From Paraspadella gotoi (lineage: Eukaryota; Animalia; Chaetognatha): a stretch of 64,000 bases of DNA. Position numbers and translations under genes: made by a program. The stretch covers positions 11,341,212-11,405,211 of the forward strand of contig CM119266.1 in NCBI GenBank assembly GCA_051294375.1. Direction: 5' to 3'. Below the pieces are notes generated by a model. That model saw nothing but the letters and a program-made list of their open reading frames with translations. It was not told the origin of the DNA and did no database searches. How positions within the stretch are numbered: the stretch's first letter is position 1; each line of letters opens with the position of its first letter. Of the stretch, positions 60,866-64,000 are shown piece after piece.

Positions 60866-62223
60866 AAGCAGGCTCGATCCCTATTGCTTTTAAGATTTTT
60901 TTCCTTCTTTTTTTCCCGCTTTTAACATTTTTTTTCTTCCTTCCTCCGGAACGAATCGCCGTGAGAACCATTTCGCAAATGGTTCAAACGACAAAGAAAA
61001 AGGGGGAAAAAAGGCGGACAATGGAACAGTTTAATTTCTTCGTCTTCGTCTGAACTTGCGAACGCTGATTGCTTTCGCTCCTTTTCTTTTCTTTTTTTTA
61101 TTTGTTTGCAGTTGCTGCTTTATTTGTTTGAAGAAGAGCGAGCGTCGAATGAATGCGACAACGCAAAACGCAAAAGATAAATACCATTGACAATATATTT
61201 TTTTTGGTTTTTTTTATTAATCGATAAAAACGAGAAACAAATCAGAGTCGATAAACGAAGAAAAGCGAGAAGAAAAAGAAAGTAAGGGACGACGTCGATG
61301 GCGACGAAGATTACGACGACGACGAAAAACCGGATTTGTCCCTTAACTGATTCAATTCTGGCAACTCCCACTTTTCACTCTTGACAGTCATCGCTTACCC
61401 TTTAATAATTTCCCACGTTCAGTCGGGCGCAATGACATGGAAACGAGAGGGCGAGGTTTTCCATATCTGAAAGAAAAATTGGCTCGACATTGATATTTGA
61501 AATGACTATTTCACATATTTATATGACTATTTCACATACACAGTAGTAATTTATTTCAAGTCAAATTTTAATCTAAAAGCCAATGTTTCTCTTTTTGTTA
61601 TCTTTGCGCGATAAAATAATAGAAAACTTCTTCCTCTTTAAAATTTTCTTCAACTTTTTCCGTCTCGGAAAGTAAATTTTTTTTCTCGAAAATCCGGCCG
61701 CCGGCGAACGACTCCCTCGGAACCGTTTTGGCTTCCGGCACCTCGATCCTTGATGCTCTTTCTTTCTCGCTTTGTTTCGCTCTCGTTTCTTCACTGCTCC
61801 ATTTTAATCCACTCTAATGAATTCACTATTCACTCTCATTGTAACACTGTGACAGTCGCATCCCCAACTTTGTTTACATAATTGTCTCACTTCCTTAATC
61901 ACCTTCCTCGACTCTTTTTTTTTCTTCAAAACCGAGTCATTTACATTGATGTCCTCGTTGCTCTACTTTCATCTCTCGACTACTCCACTCTCCCTTTGTC
62001 TCCGCTCCACTCTTCTAGCTCCACTTTTTCCACACTTCATCGCTCCAACTCCTCTCTTCTTCGATTCGGTTTTCCCTTTTATTTTTATTGCGTTTTCTCG
62101 CTTTTATTGGAAGCTTTAGCGTCGCTCCCATTTGTTGGAGGGAACTCGGGGGAGAGATTGGAAGAAGGAGAAAGAGAGAGACGGAGATGTAAAGCAGAGT
62201 GAAAGGTGAAGATAAGCAGTCTG

Positions 62224-62272
<49 letters not shown>

Positions 62273-62462
62273 CCTTGGCGTTGCGCCAAAGCGACACAAC
62301 AAAGAGTTGATAAAGAAAAGTAACTTTATTTCTTATGAGGACGATCCAACTGCCTAAAGCGGTTTATAAAAAAAAATTGACGTTTGATAGACGACCATGT
62401 CATGAACGAAACGTGAGGATCTTGCTGTCCAGCTGTCTGTTCATCTGTCTCCCGAACTGTCA

Positions 62463-62496
<34 letters not shown>

Positions 62497-63517
62497 CTCT
62501 ATCTCTTACAGCTTGACTAACCCCATATCTCACGAGATCCGTGACTCCAATTTCCGGATCGCAATCGTGACGTTCAAACCTCACTCTCGCTCCCTGACCT
62601 TGGATGGCGATTCGTGTTTGCATCTCCTCTCGCGTGCGCACCTTCTCCACCGCGTGCTTGCACACGCGACTAAATCGCTCTCTCGCACGCGCTCGCATTT
62701 CAGATCGACCTAAATTTCCATTTTCGTTTCCTGGTGACTGATTTCCGTCGACTTCCTAGAGCCATTTAAAGAACGAGAACCGCGATGTCTGTCGAGCGCG
62801 CGCGTGATTACACGCAACGCACGTGCAGAACGAATTCGCACGCGCAGAAATTCAACGGCAGCGACGCGATCTTTCCGCGTCTCGTCCCTTCAACACCCCA
62901 CTTCTTCCCCTTCAACCGCCCTCGTCCCCAAGTTCCCTCTCTGTCGTTCCCTCGCGATTTATTCTCGCGCTAAACTCGGGACGAAGCGTCAGGGCGTCGC
63001 GAGAGAGAGAGAGAGAGTTGACCCAGTTAGTTTTGACTCGGTCGCGACGAGAGAGTATTTTGTATGAAATTCACGAAGCCGGGAAGTGTTAAGGACGACT
63101 GCGGTTGTGAGGCATTCACTAAGACGACGACGACGACGTTTAAAACGATATCGATTAAATTAGAGCTCGCGCGAGACGGCGGAACTTCTTTGCGGGCAAA
63201 GCGGATATCCTTCCCGGTTTTAGTCTTCCTTCTTACTCCGCCATTGAGTTTTTTTGATGCAGAGAAAGTTTCCCCGTTTTATCGGATCCGTTGGGGGAAA
63301 ATGACTGGATTCATAGAATATTTAGACGAAATAATCGAACATGCTTAGATTTCAAATGATTTAAAATCGATTTGTCACAATGAAATTCTTAGAATATATA
63401 ACCCTACACGGTTTAACCTTATCGCTGCGTGTAAAAAAAAAAATTTTGACAAGCGTTGAATATTAATTTGGATTATATTTATACATAATAAAATAAAATT
63501 AGCAAAACTGTTAGCAT

Positions 63518-63810
63518 CTAATCCTGTCCTTCTCCCATCGTGTTACAAAACCGTTCCCTCCTGACCATTTTCTTCCAAGAGATGGCGTAGTTTCTGTTCT
63601 TCGCTATCAATCGATAAGCGACCCCGGCCAGGAATCCGCCCAGCAGATCCCCGGCGAAGTAGATCCCGGTACTGTTCCAAGCGTCGGCCATCAGCGTCGA
63701 CGTTTCGGCGCCAAAGTCGAAGCCGTAGGCGGCCAAGATGGCGCCCATCGATCTGGCGGGGTTCATACAGGCGCCGGTGACGGGGCCGAAAGCGTAGAGA
63801 GAGACGGTTA
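63518..63810 (-). CDS. Aquaporin (MIP family), AQP8-like, terminal coding exon; upstream exons lie outside the window
   Basis: Polypyrimidine + CAG acceptor at 63813-63811. Translation TVSLYAFGPVTGACMNPARSMGAILAA...WNSTGIYFAGDLLGGFLAGVAYRLI contains the second NPA box with ar/R Arg and TM6; stop at 63520-63518. Confidence 0.92.
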
Positions 63811-63834
63811 CTGGGGTTGAGGGGTAAGGGGAAA

Positions 63835-64000
<166 letters not shown>

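Overview
Eukaryotic genomic DNA, most likely from a bilaterian invertebrate: spliceosomal introns, abundant (GA)n/(GAC)n microsatellites, no prokaryotic features. It comes from a gap-filled draft assembly with 25-N gaps, and about half the window occurs twice as indel-rich copies (13975-19312 vs 19338-23790; 26227-27560 vs 27609-28480; 32285-40230 vs 44350-56790). Most six-frame ORFs are microsatellite noise. Supported genes are (i) a spliced, secreted precursor with two tandem inhibitor-cystine-knot (ICK) domains and an acidic DEAR-repeat propeptide (4801-5501 +), (ii) a 4-exon sulfotransferase-fold gene present twice (- strand), and (iii) the last exon of an AQP8-like aquaporin. The richest structure is a 4.77-kb insertion found in only one of the duplicated copies (44709-49475). 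It is a non-autonomous DNA transposon with CACAGTG (RSS-heptamer) termini, a 12-bp-spaced nonamer-like motif and a 5-bp TSD (Transib/RAG-like). Nested inside it is a Penelope-like retroelement (RT + GIY-YIG) with inverted pLTRs, each carrying a minimal hammerhead ribozyme. The same ribozyme family also occurs as a solo degenerate copy and as a ~140-nt fold-back hairpin centred on hammerhead stem II. Coordinates were read by eye and many segments are noisy, so boundaries are approximate.
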